Shown here: positions 1 through 12,225 of the stretch, piece after piece
Position numbering within the stretch: the stretch's first letter is position 1
Layout of the letters: each line of letters opens with the position of its first letter
NCBI GenBank assembly: GCA_051294375.1
Contig: CM119268.1
Location: forward strand, 22,757,427-22,821,426
Direction of reading: 5' to 3'
Source: Paraspadella gotoi
Taxonomy: Eukaryota > Animalia > Chaetognatha
DNA: 64,000 nt
The notes under the pieces: generated by a model
What the model was told of the DNA's origin: nothing
Databases searched by the model: none
What the model saw: only the letters and a program-made list of their open reading frames with translations
Position numbers and translations under genes: made by a program

Positions 1-350
1 GTAAGTCACTCATGGATTAAGTTTGGCGTCGGTCCAACGAATTGAGTGGCAAAGACGGAAGAGGAAATGATCTACTTGTTCTTCAGATCTGGAATTTGAC
101 TTTGACTTTGTAAAAATGAAATAAAAAGATATTAGATAACAATGTACACCCGTGAAGAGGAAGAGTAAACTAAATTGTATATATATACTTAATCGTTGCC
201 TTAATCCTTAAATTTTAGGAAACAATGAATGTATTGTACATATTATTTAATGATAAGAGATATTTTAGTCAGCAGTATCTCGCGTATCAATTGGTCTTGC
301 ATTTCTTCTTTGACACGTCACCGCTGATCTTCCCCCCCCCCATCCCTGCA

Positions 351-3300
351 GACATGAACGAATCTTCCGACTCCCGTCGCGCGACGCCCGTTCCAGTCCG
401 CGCCGTCTACATCTGGGGACATAAGTTCGAAATCAATTTGGACGCGAAAGAAAAAGAAGAAAAAAATCACCTCAAGTTTGGAGACGATGCGGTTTTCTTC
501 GGGAGATCAGAGTCCGAGGAGCACGCCATGGCCACTCTGTCTCTAAGTGCGTTCGAGTTGAATATTGTTGTAATAAAAATCCGAAAGTTTAATTGATAAG
601 TATTTGTAATGCGAAGAGAATGGAAATAAAATATTGGACGGTTATCTCAATACTGCAATATACAATAACAAGTTCGTCTTTTACTTCATAAGTAAGCATA
701 GGCTAATGGAACAGATGGTCCGATAATTGACTTATCCAAGTCCACAACTCGCTTTTTCTTTCCGCAGGATTCACTGACATGGCGGCCATTCAATTTTGTT
801 TCAATCAAGATAGCCACAAATTTATCAATCTCGACCTCGGCGAGTCTCCTATCAACACGTTCCATGATATTTTCCAAGGTGCTTTCCTTTATAAATGTCG
901 CTTAAACTTGATAAATTCATAAAATGGAAAATTGGTATACAACCAATATAAAAATTCTCCATTCATTTAATAAATAAGCTATTTTGCCTCTGACTTTGGA
1001 CCGGCTATATTAGAATAATGTTGGGTGGCTTTAATGTCCGTTGACGAGAATTACGCTCCAACAATAAATTCTCGAATTAGTATTTTTATTTAACGCAGGC
1101 GACAAAACGGCAGAAAAGGTGAAAAGCATCTTTGTACAAATCGGGAATGAGAAGATGGAAGATGGCGCAAAGGAGTCGTTGGCGGAAAGATTGAAGGGAG
1201 TTGGCGAAAGGTTTTCGATCCCAGTCGAGGAAATTAGAGAGGTTTCCAAAGCAGCCAGGTCAGCACAAAAATTAAAAGAGTTGGCTGTTTTATGGTGTAC
1301 GTAGAAGAGCGTTGTTATGACCTGTGTCTGTGCCACTTTCTTGCCCCAAATACGCCAATATTTTTAGTTGAAGTGTAGAGATGAGTCCACGACTTAAGGG
1401 GTTCGCGAGGTTTGCCCTCTAACACTTGATTCCGATCCAATGATGAATGGACGAGGTTTTCGGATTAAAGTAAGCGACTGCAACAATAAAAGGTTCTGCT
1501 CGGCTAAGGTCAACTGACCCGACTGCAAAATAAAAATTATTGACCCGACTCAATAGTTCGTGTTAGAAAAATTTCTCCTGTGGAAAACAAAAAAAAATAA
1601 AAAAAATGATTTGGGTCTTTTCAGGTTCTCATTAACTTTTTTTTGACCATTTGCGCAAACGCGAGAGAGAGAGAGAGAGATATGAGATATGAGATTGAGT
1701 TTAACATTCATCCGTCTTTAATGACTAACCTCATATTTTCGTTTTATTTCACCGTTCATCTGAGCATAATTCTCCAATTCTCTCCTACAGAACTTTTTTC
1801 AAATACCTCAAGTATTTTCTCCCTCTTCTCAACTCTGGCACGGAATCTTTTCCGTTCGACATCAAACGCGAAGTCACTGGTTGCGATCTCGACCGAGCCA
1901 TAGTCAAACGCGAGGTCGGCGCCTTCAACGTCAAACGCGAACCCGTCAACGCCAACGGCGCCGAAGAGAATCCGATGCCTTATTCCGACTCTTCCTCCGC
2001 CTTGCCCGATTTCGAACGGAACATGAGAAGTTCCATTCCTCTTTCCTCCGCCTTGCCCGATTCTGAACGGAACATGGGAAGTTCCATTCCTCTTTCCTCC
2101 GCCTTGCCCGATTTCGAACGGAACATGGGAAGTTCCATTCCTCTTTCCTCCGCCTTGCCCGATTCCGAACGGAACATGGGAAGCTCCATTCCTCTTTCCT
2201 CCGTCTTGCCCGATTTCGAACGGAACATGGGAAGTTCCATTCCTCTTTCCTCTTTGGCGCCACTTCCGCCTCCTCCTCTCCCCGTTTCTCACTTTTCTCC
2301 AGTTTCGCCTGCGGATTCGTCGGCTGCTCCTTCGTTGACGTTGAACTGGGCGCTACCTCCACAGGCTCCGCCTGCTCTCCATCCGTCGATGTCCCGAGAA
2401 CCGATGAGAGCGGCCGAGGCTCCGACGGGATCCTCCAATCAGGGTTACCCTGATCCGTCTCATTTGTCAACCGCGCCTTATTTCCCCGCCGCCTCGTCGG
2501 CCGCGGCCTCGGCGATCCCCGCAGTCTCTGAGGCCGCTGTCGCTCCGCCCGTCAATCCGCACGTAACCGCGGCAGCGTCCTCCCCTGCGGAAGCATCCGA
2601 CGCAGCGGCATCCGCCGCAGCAGCATCCGCTGCAGCAGCTAACGCCGCATCGAAATCTACATCGCCCTTTGCTAATATGATCTTTGAGTTCAATAAAGAA
2701 ATGACCGAATTCATCAACTCTGATTTGGAATTAGAAAATTATATCATTCTCCCGTCTCAAAGTGCTTCCAACCCGGAATATCTGAGTCGTATTAAGGGGA
2801 GTTGAGTGATTACTTAATGCGAGAGGGAGTCTGGATTGAAAAAAAAGCTTACAGGATCTTGTAATGTTATTATCTTGTAAGAGAGATGGAGGCCACCGCC
2901 ATAGTCTGTCAAAAGTAAAGGGCAAGATGGCTTGTTTATTTAATGAAGAAAAGACTGAATAATTTCAACTTCATAAATTAAGGCGGCGCGGCCCTCGGGT
3001 CCTTTTCTTGAGCTCTCTGCTACCAATAAAAAAAAATTATTAGTTTATTTAATAAACTCGCTATCTTTCCCTCGTCATAGGACGTCCCTCTTACAACACA
3101 ATAGCATTTTAAGACCTTGGAAGTTTTCAAGTTTATATATAAAACTTTAACCCCCCCTCCCAAAAAAAACCAACAAAAAACAGGAACTGCGAACGAAGCA
3201 TCAAAGCAAAAAGAGCCAATTGGAAATCAAAATGCGCGACTGCATCCACAACAGCGAAGAGCAGAAGCGGATCGATCTCAAGATCGCATATCGAGAGATG

Positions 3301-4420
3301 TGGGTCACCAACTTGACGTTTCAGACGAAGATGATCGAGGCTTCGCGCGAGAGTGGGAGATCGAGAGCGGGAGAAGAGGAGCTCAGAAACCAACAGTCCG
3401 CTCCCGTCCCCCCTGTCCCAGGGCGGGCGGATGAAATCTCTGTGGGCAACTTGCCGCCAACGCGACACTCGGTTGCCGCGGCATCTGCGGCGCCGCAGGT
3501 AAGATTCAATTTTCACATTTGTCTCTTTTAAAATTTGCTTTGTAAATGACATTACATGATTCGAGTGTTCTAATTAATAACGATCCTTTTAACAGACGAG
3601 CCTGATAAGACCTCAGCCAAATGTCCAGGATGAGCAAGAACTCAGAGCGATCCTTCAACATCAACAGAATCAACAACAAAAACGATCCAACGACCAACAA
3701 GAGCAACAGATAAAAAAAAAGAAGTCACAGAAACCTCCACAATCGCGCCAGCCGAGGCCTCGACAGCCACGACAGGCCGCTCCCCGGCTACCGTCACCTT
3801 CTCACCAGCCACTCCAGTATCAATCGCTACAGCAGTTTCCACATCCGCAGCTGCCACCCTCTCATCAGCCACTTCCGCCACCGCAACCACCTCCGCAGCA
3901 TCCACCGCAACAGCTCCATCCACTTTCGCACCTTCCACTTTCGCACCTTCCGCAACAAGAGCGAGCTCTACCTACCTCTCCGCTCAGGGTCGAGATTCCT
4001 AGCAATCATAAGGTAATTGCTCGGTTGGAGCGAGAGACCGGAGGAAACGGTGAGCCAATTTTAAACGTTGCGAGTCAACAGACGCAGCCCATTTCCCTCA
4101 CAACTAATACTATAAGTTCAACGAAGGAAGGAACTAGTCAAATAAACGATATTTCCATAGAACAACGACTAATGCTCTTACGACACTTCCAGAGCCACAT
4201 GCCCATTCCTCCTCCGCCTCCCCCATCGCTTCCCGGGGTGGCGAACCAAGCGATGCAGGCGCCTCCCGCCGCCAATGGTCATTTTGGTCATGCGGGCATG
4301 CCGGCTTTTCCAGGAATGCTACCGCCGAATCTCCTGTCGCATGGACTGCTGTCCCAGCATATGTCTCGACCGTTCAACGTCACGTTGCCAAATAATTTAT
4401 CCAATATTCCTCGACAATGA
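351..4420 (+). CDS. Uncharacterised multi-exon low-complexity protein (5' end probably upstream of the window)
   Basis: GT-AG exons at about 351-546, 768-878, 1099-1258 and 1791-2800 join in frame (RTFFKYLKYF...IKRE...VKRE...VKREP...MPYSD). Later exons are 3185-3498 and a Gln/Pro-rich last exon 3596-4420. The junctions at 2.8-3.2 kb are unresolved. No recognisable domain. Confidence 0.55.
910..1040 (-). mobile_element. Dispersed repeat family A, partial copy
   Basis: Reverse complement aligns with 56690-56790 (GTCCAAAGTCAG.GGCAA.ATAGCTTATTTATTAAATGAATGGA.AATTTTTATATTGGTTGTA). Confidence 0.8.
1990..2252 (+). repeat. Coding tandem repeat, 51-bp unit x about 5 (LSSALPDFERNMGSSIP)
   Basis: G(C/T)CTTGCCCGAT recurs at 1999, 2050, 2101, 2152 and 2203. 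Confidence 0.95.
2810..2950 (+). mobile_element. Dispersed repeat family A, partial copy
   Basis: AAAGCTTACAGGA...TTATCTTGTAAGAGAGATGGAGGCC...GGGCAAGATGGCTTGTTTATT matches 56640-56740. Confidence 0.8.
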
Positions 4421-5406
4421 TTGGCAACCAAAAAATCGTTACTACTCTTTCTTTGTTTTAATGTTTTTTTTTTTCACAAAATCCCTTTTTTAACAATGAT
4501 TGAAATTAATTTTTGATTTTGACTTTTTGCATTTTGTTTAGTGTCCTGCGTAATGTTACGAATTTATGCATGTTTTGAAACCACGAATATAAGAATTTTT
4601 TAAATTTGTTCATCAACGCTCAAAATTTATTAATAGTCGAAATAGACGCAATATTTTTTTTCAGCTCGCTTCATTTGTGATATTTGAATTTTGCCGCGTG
4701 TGTAGCTCGACTGAATTCGACACGTCGCAACCTCTTTTCCGCCATCTATCGGACGGTCTCGTCAAAGACGTCGATGGCCTCGTAATTCCGAGTTAGAATT
4801 CCCCAATAATATCTTTATATACTATCTTTATATACAATATCTTTTTATACTAAAACCTATTTTGCTGAGCGTCATTTTTGTGAGCCTTTTATCCTGCAGT
4901 TAACAATAAAACATCGATTAGAATGAACAGAAACGAAGAAAATAAAAAGTTGGAGAACCACGAAGTCGAAAATTAGAATCAAAGAAATCAAATTTTGGTC
5001 TTTATCGAGGGAAGACCCTTGGACGTCAGCTTAGAAGACGTCCTCTGACAATTTTGGTTCCACAGAAATCTTTTTGCGAAACTTCACAACGATGACTTTT
5101 ATGGGATTTATCCATTTTTACATAGAGAAAACCCTCCCTGAAAAACGGAGGGAACACCTAACCGCGACTTCTACTATGAGTCAATAGTGTTGGACGCAAA
5201 CTTTTGATAAACATTTGGATCTGTTTATTATTTATTTCCGCGTATTTCTTGATCAATAAAACTTTAATTTAACTGAGATTCACAAAAGCCAAATAAAAAA
5301 TCTGAAGTCATTTCCGTGAAAAATCCTCGATTTTTTAGAAAAAAAACTTTTTATCTAAGAAAGACTACATAAATTACATACATGAATACATACATACATT
5401 CGCAAT

Positions 5407-6408
5407 ATGCATCGATCCTTCCCGACTTTACCTTCTAATTGGGAATCGAGGCCGATCTACGTCGATCCTTCGACGCCTCAACCGACTCTCCATCATCTCG
5501 AGACCATAGATTATATACGGACCAACGTCCCTGGCCCCGGATGTGATTTGGAAGACTTCGAGCCTGACGTCGCCGGCTGCGATTGCGACCCCGACGACGA
5601 GGGGTTTGTCTGTAGGGATTCTTCTTGCTCCTGCGCTCGTCGGTTCGGCCACGCCTACTCGAATATTCCTCGACTCAAGACGACGATCGACGATGAGATC
5701 GAACCCTCGCTCTTCTCTCGCCCGATCCTCGAATGCGGCGTCAATTGTCTCTGCGCGTCTCGCGTCGCCTCCTGCGCCAATCGAGTCGTCGGCGCCGGAC
5801 CGGCTTTCGACGTCCTTCTCTTTTATGACGAGAAGAAAGGGTTCGGCCTCAAAGCCGCCGTCGACATCCCCGTCGGGGGCTTCGTCTGCGAATACGCGGG
5901 CGAAGTGATTGGGGAGGAGGAGGCGAGGAAGAGGATCGAGAGGAAAAGAGGAAGAAGAGGAAGGACGATGAACTACGTGATCGTGTTGAGCGAACGATCG
6001 AGCGGAAGTGTTGAAGACGACTCGACGCTGCGCACCATCGACGATAATGACCCGACGCTGCGAACGATCAATGGCGACAACTCGATGCTGCGCATGATCA
6101 GTAAAAAGTCGACGCTGCGCACGATCGTCGACGCCGAGTTTCGCTTCAACGTTGGTCACTTCATCAATCACTCGTGCGACCCAAATCTCGTCATGATTCC
6201 AGTGAGGGAGACGCGTCAAGTCCCTCGTCTCGCGCTCTTCGCCAGACGACACGTGGCGGCCTTGGAGGAGTTGACGTTTCACTACGGAGGCGTGACGAGG
6301 AGGCGTGAGGGGACGGATTCTGGCATCGGCGGCGGCGATCGCGTCGCTTGTTTGTGCGGCTCCGAAAACTGCGCCCAATTTTTGCCTTTCGATGTCGACG
6401 TTTTGTGA
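5407..6408 (+). CDS. SETMAR-type histone-lysine N-methyltransferase (pre-SET/SET/post-SET, no transposase), intronless
   Basis: Cys-rich pre-SET (GCDC, ECGVNCLC, CANRVV), KGFGL, FVCEYAGE, HFINHSCDPN, ELTFHYG and post-SET CLCGSENC. Confidence 0.9.
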   Translation: MHRSFPTLPSNWESRPIYVDPSTPQPTLHHLETIDYIRTNVPGPGCDLEDFEPDVAGCDCDPDDEGFVCRDSSCSCARRFGHAYSNIPRLKTTIDDEIEPSLFSRPILECGVNCLCASRVASCANRVVGAGPAFDVLLFYDEKKGFGLKAAVDIPVGGFVCEYAGEVIGEEEARKRIERKRGRRGRTMNYVIVLSERSSGSVEDDSTLRTIDDNDPTLRTINGDNSMLRMISKKSTLRTIVDAEFRFNVGHFINHSCDPNLVMIPVRETRQVPRLALFARRHVAALEELTFHYGGVTRRREGTDSGIGGGDRVACLCGSENCAQFLPFDVDVL

Positions 6409-6559
6409 CGCAGGAAGAAAATCTCACGGTGAACCAGGTGATGATGCGAATACTTGATCGACAAATTTCTCGCCGCAGATTCGAATTTTTCGACGGATAA
6501 TGTAGAAGATCATTTGTGAATTTTTACGCGTTTTAGAATTATTTATTAAAAATAAACAA

Positions 6560-9039
6560 ATGAAGATTGGGAGACTAACCTCGTCGCGTTTTCTTCTCAT
6601 TTGCGAAAGGATCTCGAGAGAGACGCGCAGAGGCGTCGTCGCTCGACCTTTGGCGAAGCAAGAGTATGAAAGGAAAAAGGTCAGTTTGAGTGACGAGCGA
6701 AGTTGGCCGGTGCAGGATGATTGAGGAGTTAAAAGTGTGTGAAGCGAATTCGATTTCAAAATCGGTTTGGATGGCTGAGTTGAAAGTTTTGTAAAATGTC
6801 GAAAGACTTGTTTAAAATATTTTTGCCGATCATCGTCATCAGAGAATTTATCATCGTTTCCACTAAATGACTAATCTCCGTTCTGTCTTTCGACAATCAA
6901 ATCACAATCATTCAAAATAGAACGAGTAAAAGTGTGTCCGCCTCAATTTCAATGGATTCCCTCTTGGTCTCCCAGCCTCACATAAACGTCGGGACCATCG
7001 GCCACGTTGATCACGGAAAGACGAGTCTCACTTCCGCCATAACCAAAGTCCTCGCTCTCGAAGGGAAGGCCGACTTCAGGGCCTACGATCAAATCGACAA
7101 CTTGAGCATCGAAAAACAAAAGGGCATCACTATCAGTGCCACGTGCGTCAACTTTTTGACGCCGTCATTCGTTGCGCCTCCTAGAGTTATCCTTTTATTT
7201 TTATTTTGACAGTCACGTTGAATACGAAACCGAGGCGCGTCATTACTCGCACATCGATTGCCCGGGCCATATCGATTATATTAAGAATATGATAACTGGT
7301 TAGTGTTAGTTTATTAGTGGTATCTATTTTAATTCTCGAGCGACGGTGAAAGGGAGTTAAAATGACACGGGAACAGAATTTGACAAGTCAATGTCAATAC
7401 GACAATATGCAAATGATTGATGAACTCGATCTCATTTTCGGTTGAATCAAAAGTTCATCTCTTATAACTGTGGGGTATGAAATACTACCACTACAACCCA
7501 TAAATTCGGATTCCAGGCGCCTTCCTGATGGACGGCGCCATCCTTGTCTTGGCGGCCAACTCGGGAGTGATGCCCCAGACCCGCGAGCACCTCATCCTCG
7601 CCCGGCAAATCGGGTTGGAGAGGCTCGTCGTATTCATCAACAAAGTGGACATCGTCGACGAAGCCACGGTCCAACTCTGCGACGCCGAAATCAGGGAGAT
7701 GATCGCCGATCACGGGTCAGTTGGACGAGGCCTTTGACGAGCGCAATCCAACCCTTGCGTGACTTTCCTCAACGCGTTCGCAGGTTCGACGGCGAGGGAA
7801 CGCCCGTTGTGTCCGGGTCGGCCCGTTGCGCTTTAGAGGAGACAAACCCGGATGTCGGTCATCGATCGATCATCTCGCTTCTCGAGGCGCTAGACAAGTA
7901 GGCCCCCTCATGCAAGAATTAATTTTGTCTTTTGCTTTATCTATGATTTAACTAAGTATAACTCTTTCCCAGTCACATCCCGATTCCCCAACGATCTATC
8001 GATTCTCCGGGTCTTCTCTCCATCAGCAGCTCATACAGCATTCCCGGTCGAGGAACAGTCGTCGCCGGAATCCTCGAACGGGGACTCTTCAAGAAGGGAG
8101 ATCAAGTTGAACTTTTAGGTTTGTTCGAGGGTTTTAATTTAGTATTCTAATTAGACATTGTGTTAAGATTTTTTTTCGTTGCGCTTTAATTAAAGAGAAA
8201 ACAAAGTTAATCTGTTTCCAAACAACGTGTTTTTTATTTAAAAAAACCGGAGATGTTTCGTCTAGATTTTTTGTTTTGTTATTTTTTTAAATAAAAAAAC
8301 TCGTTTGGAAAAATATAATTATTAACTTTTTCTCTTTAGTATTCTAATTGATGTACAAACATGTAAACATTTAATTGTCACTGATCAGGTTACGAGCGCG
8401 AATTCAAGAGCACCGTGCTCAGTTTGGAGACTTTTCACAAAACTGTGAAAGTGGCGGAACCGGGAGACAACATCGGGGTTTTGGTCAGAGGCGTCAGGAG
8501 GAAAGGACTTAGGAGAGGAATGATCTTGTGCAAGGCTGGAACGGCCAAAGTTTACAATCGGTAAGCTGGGTAAAAGATCAGTGTTTAAAAAGCCCCCCCC
8601 GCAACAAAAAACAACAGCTTGAACTGAATTCAGGGTCGTGGCCCGTCTCTTCCTATTGGGCTCAGCCGAGGGCGGGCTGGACTTCCCCGTTGCCAACGAC
8701 TCCATCTTTCAGATTTTCTCGCGAACTTTTCGATTGACGACCAACTTGACCATCCTGGATGAGAACCGGGAGATGGCGATGCCGGGCGAGGTCGTCGACG
8801 TGGAGCTCATGCTCACAAGGAAGATGCATCTGCCCGTCGGATCGAGGTTAAATTCTCGGTTCGTCGGTCCGTCCGTCCGTCTGTGAATTTGAATATTCCG
8901 TTACGTCTTCTCCAGATTCACGTTGCGCAAGGAATTCCTGACGGCCGGGTTCGGCGTCGTTACCGAGACGCTGTCCGACGCCGACGATGCGGCTCTGCTG
9001 CGCCGGTGGCCGAAAATGAAGATGCCCTCTCGTCGTTGA
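6560..9039 (+). CDS. TUFM: Mitochondrial elongation factor Tu (8 exons)
   Basis: Arg/Ser-rich presequence, then AKQEYERKK|[65 protein letters not shown]. Introns are GT-AG. Confidence 0.93.
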
Positions 9040-9364
9040 GGTCAAACTCTGGTTTTTCGAGTCATTGAATGTTATTGAAATAATTGCGTTCCAAGTTGAA
9101 TTTTTGTTGACTTATTTGTTTGTGTATTTTATCTGAATTTAATAGTTAAATGACTCTCATCGTTTTCTTTTAAGTTATTTAGGTTTTTGTTAGGTCTACG
9201 ATGACCAATAAACTGGAAAAAATTGTAGGCGTAGCTAGTTTTAAAACCTGCCAATCATCGACATGTACTACGAGGACTATTTTTGCGTTATTTTACTCAT
9301 AGCTCTTTAAATTCAGTTTTCGTTCTTAAAAAAATGAAGTAAAAAAAATATTTGAAAATTTGGA

Positions 9365-9495
9365 CATGCTTTGGTGCTTTAAGTTCTCCATCACTCTTAC
9401 AAGATAATGACATAGCAGGTCCATGCAAGCTTTCAATCAAGACTCTCACAGTCTTGTTTATTCACTCCCAGAGTACCTGGCTTCCCCATCAATAG
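9365..9495 (-). mobile_element. Dispersed repeat family A, partial copy
   Basis: Reverse complement matches 56578-56695 (GGTACTCTGGGAGTGAATAAAC...GAAAGCTTGCA...GACCTGCTATGTCATTATCTTGTAAGAGTGATGGAG). Confidence 0.88.
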
Positions 9496-10312
9496 CTTCA
9501 ATAATCGATCAACAATATCAGTAAGCCTACCTTTGTTAGGGGTGGCCCATCTCAGTAAGTTGGGTCAAAAATTTTAATTATAGAAGATCTCTACCTTTGT
9601 GTCGCAAAAAAAACCTTTTGTTTTTTCTCTTTATTCGTTTCTCTTTTCTTCCGCCATCGACTTTCGTCGTCGTCGTCGTGGAAACAAATGAACAGCTCGA
9701 GTCGACGAAGGTGTTGGGTGGCAGGGAGGCGCCTCGATGCGTCCGCCACCGAATGCACCGCGTCTGCCACGAATCCAGACAATTCTTTTCTTTTTATTAT
9801 AAACCCTATCGTAGTCTTTCGTCGCCCCCACCCAAGTTTTGTTTCCTCGTTTTTGTCGTCTTGTTTCGCTTTGTTTTTCCACGAGAGCATATTTTTTTTT
9901 GGTTCGTCTTTGTTTCCATATTTTTTATTAGGGGATTATTTTCGGTTGTTTTGCATCATCAACTTATGTCGTTTTCGGAACGGAACGGCCCTTTTTATAC
10001 TTAACCGTCGTCGGTGTTAGGCTACGATAATTAGTTTAATTATCTTCTTATCAATGCCATTTTAGTAATGAGTTTTCTCGTTTCCCGGCGTTTTTCTTTT
10101 TCGGGATCAAGGATCAGTTAGACGATCAGTTGAAAATTTTCATCGTTACGTTTTTAAGTCCAATGAACGAGGAAAACTCTGGTACTTATGCTTTCTTCAT
10201 ATGCGCTGAATGCTTCAATCCAATAATTTGGCTTTTTCTCAGATTTCTCAAAGCCTAAAAAAAGTAATAATAACTTTATATTTAACGGATCTTTTTCCGA
10301 GAAATGGGATTC

Positions 10313-11366
10313 ATGTCTGAACAAGAAACACCGGGCGCGACGCGTCTCGTTTTGGGCGACGCCCTCTCGCGTCACGTGGGCGAACGCGTCGCATTTATGG
10401 GTACCGTCCAGGGAACGGACGACGCGCAGGTCAGTGATTAAAACTCGTGAACCGATTAACTTAATTATCCGTCGTGATTCGTGATGATAACTCTCGCTGT
10501 TCACATTCCGATTTTCCGTGAAGAGATGAGCCCTTACCTACTCTGATGTGGCCTTTGGAACCGATCTAAGATCGTTTTAAAAAAACCTATTTTATAAACA
10601 TACCAATGTTTATTTATAACCCCCTTTTTCTCTTCGTTTTGTTTTTTGTCGCCTTGCTTCTCTCTTCCTTTCTCTTCACATTTGTTTTTTCTTTACCCTT
10701 CTTTTCTCTCTTCTCCCTTTTTTCTCCCCTTCTTTTTCTTCTCCCTTTCTTTTTTTCTTTTCTCTCTCCTTTTCTTTTGTCTCTCTTTTATTATATTCTC
10801 CCTTTTTTTTTCTTTTCTCCTCTCACGCTTTCTTTCTCCTTTCTTTTTTTTTTCTTCCTTTCTGCTACTTTCTCCTTTCCTTTTCCTCTCCTTTTCTGTC
10901 TCCTTTTCTTTCCTCATGCATCCAAGGTTCAGTTACGAGTTGTTCCAGCCGGAGGAGAGAAGACCGTCGTCGTCAACCTTCAAGAAGCCGAAGAGTTTCG
11001 CATCCAAGAAGGCGCTTCCGCTCTCATCGTCGGCACGGTCGGTTCACATCTCTTCTAAAGCATTTCATTGATTGATTGATTGATATTCATCGTTTGATTT
11101 GATTAATTAATTCATTTGAGTGTTCGATATTGATTGTTTGATATTGATTTGATTGTTTGATTGATCTATCGTCACCAATCCACTTCCGCTTTTCCTCTCC
11201 CCAGGTCGCGAACGATTCTCGAATCACGGAGGCGTATTGCTCGGCGCCGCACTCCGACGCCCCCGACGCCGCGGATTCTCCGTCCTTCAACGCGGAGCTC
11301 TACCAACGCGCCGTCGAGACCCTCGACCGATTTCCGCAAATGTACAAAACTTCGCCGCCGCCGTGA
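10313..11366 (+). CDS. RPA3: Replication protein A 14 kDa subunit (3 exons)
   Basis: Exons at about 10313-10429, 10927-11037 and 11205-11366 give a protein of about 130 aa: RLVLGDALSRHVGERVAFMGTV ... FNAELYQRAVETLDRFPQMY, matching the RPA14 N- and C-terminal patterns. Confidence 0.8.
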
Positions 11367-11860
11367 TCCAACGGGCGGTAGAGGGAAGAGGCGACGCCGA
11401 AGGATAAAGACGCCAGCGGATCCCGTTTTTCCGTTTCGCTGATAATTTTTTGTTTTGTGACATTTTGATGATATACGATGGTTTTTTTTGTTTGTTTTTT
11501 TACTCGATTCACTTTTCGCCGTTACCTTTTTTTTAAAAAAAAAGAAAAGTAAATCTTTCTCCGTTTCTTGCAACTTCGTTATCAGTTGTTTTATTACGTT
11601 TTTTTTTTTTAATCTTTTCCTTTTTTGCAAGGAAATGTTATACCAAAAAAACGAAACAAAGAAAAACCAAAAAAACTGACTCGTAATGTAATTCCTCCTC
11701 ATTTCTCCATCTTCGTTCGCGACGATGAACTCGGTCCGTTCAAAGGCCGCGACGTAACCCGCGTTGACGTCGCGGCTTTTCCTCCAAATCGCTTCCCATT
11801 TTCTCTCCTTTCGCCGCGCCCCCTTTCGAGGACCGCGGCAGCCGCCGATCGGGGCCGGCA

Positions 11861-12139
11861 ATGGCGCGGGGCCAACGGCCGCGCCCCCACAGCGGCTGCG
11901 TGACGACGGGGCAGAGGCGAAGGGACGAACTCGCCGAGGCCGCGGCGGCGCAGGTAAGAGGCTGCTGCTGCTGGAAGGGTTGACTAATGACTGTCTCTGG
12001 TCAGGCAATGATCGTGTTAAGTCTTCTTTCTCTCTAAAGATTAAGAGTGATGGAATTGTGTCGGGGAGTATTTCAATTGTTACTAGACAATTGACAAAAT
12101 AGACTTTGCAACCCTTCATCCGTGGCAAATAACAGCAAT

Positions 12140-12225
<86 letters not shown>

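Noticed and set aside
1440-1518. C/D box snoRNA (ATGATGA...CTGA)
   Set aside because: There is no terminal stem and no guide complementarity I can recognise.
1990-2252. CRISPR-like array
   Set aside because: These are contiguous 51-bp tandem units without unique spacers, in frame within a eukaryotic exon.
4739-4860. CTCF-like motif (CGCCATCTATCGG) and Helitron-like 5' end (ATCTTTATATACT repeats)
   Set aside because: These are single short matches, and no 3' hairpin or CTAG end was found.
5428-6378. Long antisense ORFs (also over the RCC1, ACADSB and DLGAP exons)
   Set aside because: They are shadows of GC-rich sense codons and contain no recognisable motifs.
5407-6408. SETMAR mariner transposase fusion
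   Set aside because: The ORF ends after the post-SET region, and TUFM starts about 150 bp later.
10606-11071. Phe/Leu/Ser-rich ORFs resembling membrane proteins (also 25270-25689 and 55115-55645)
   Set aside because: They are translations of intronic polypyrimidine low-complexity tracts.
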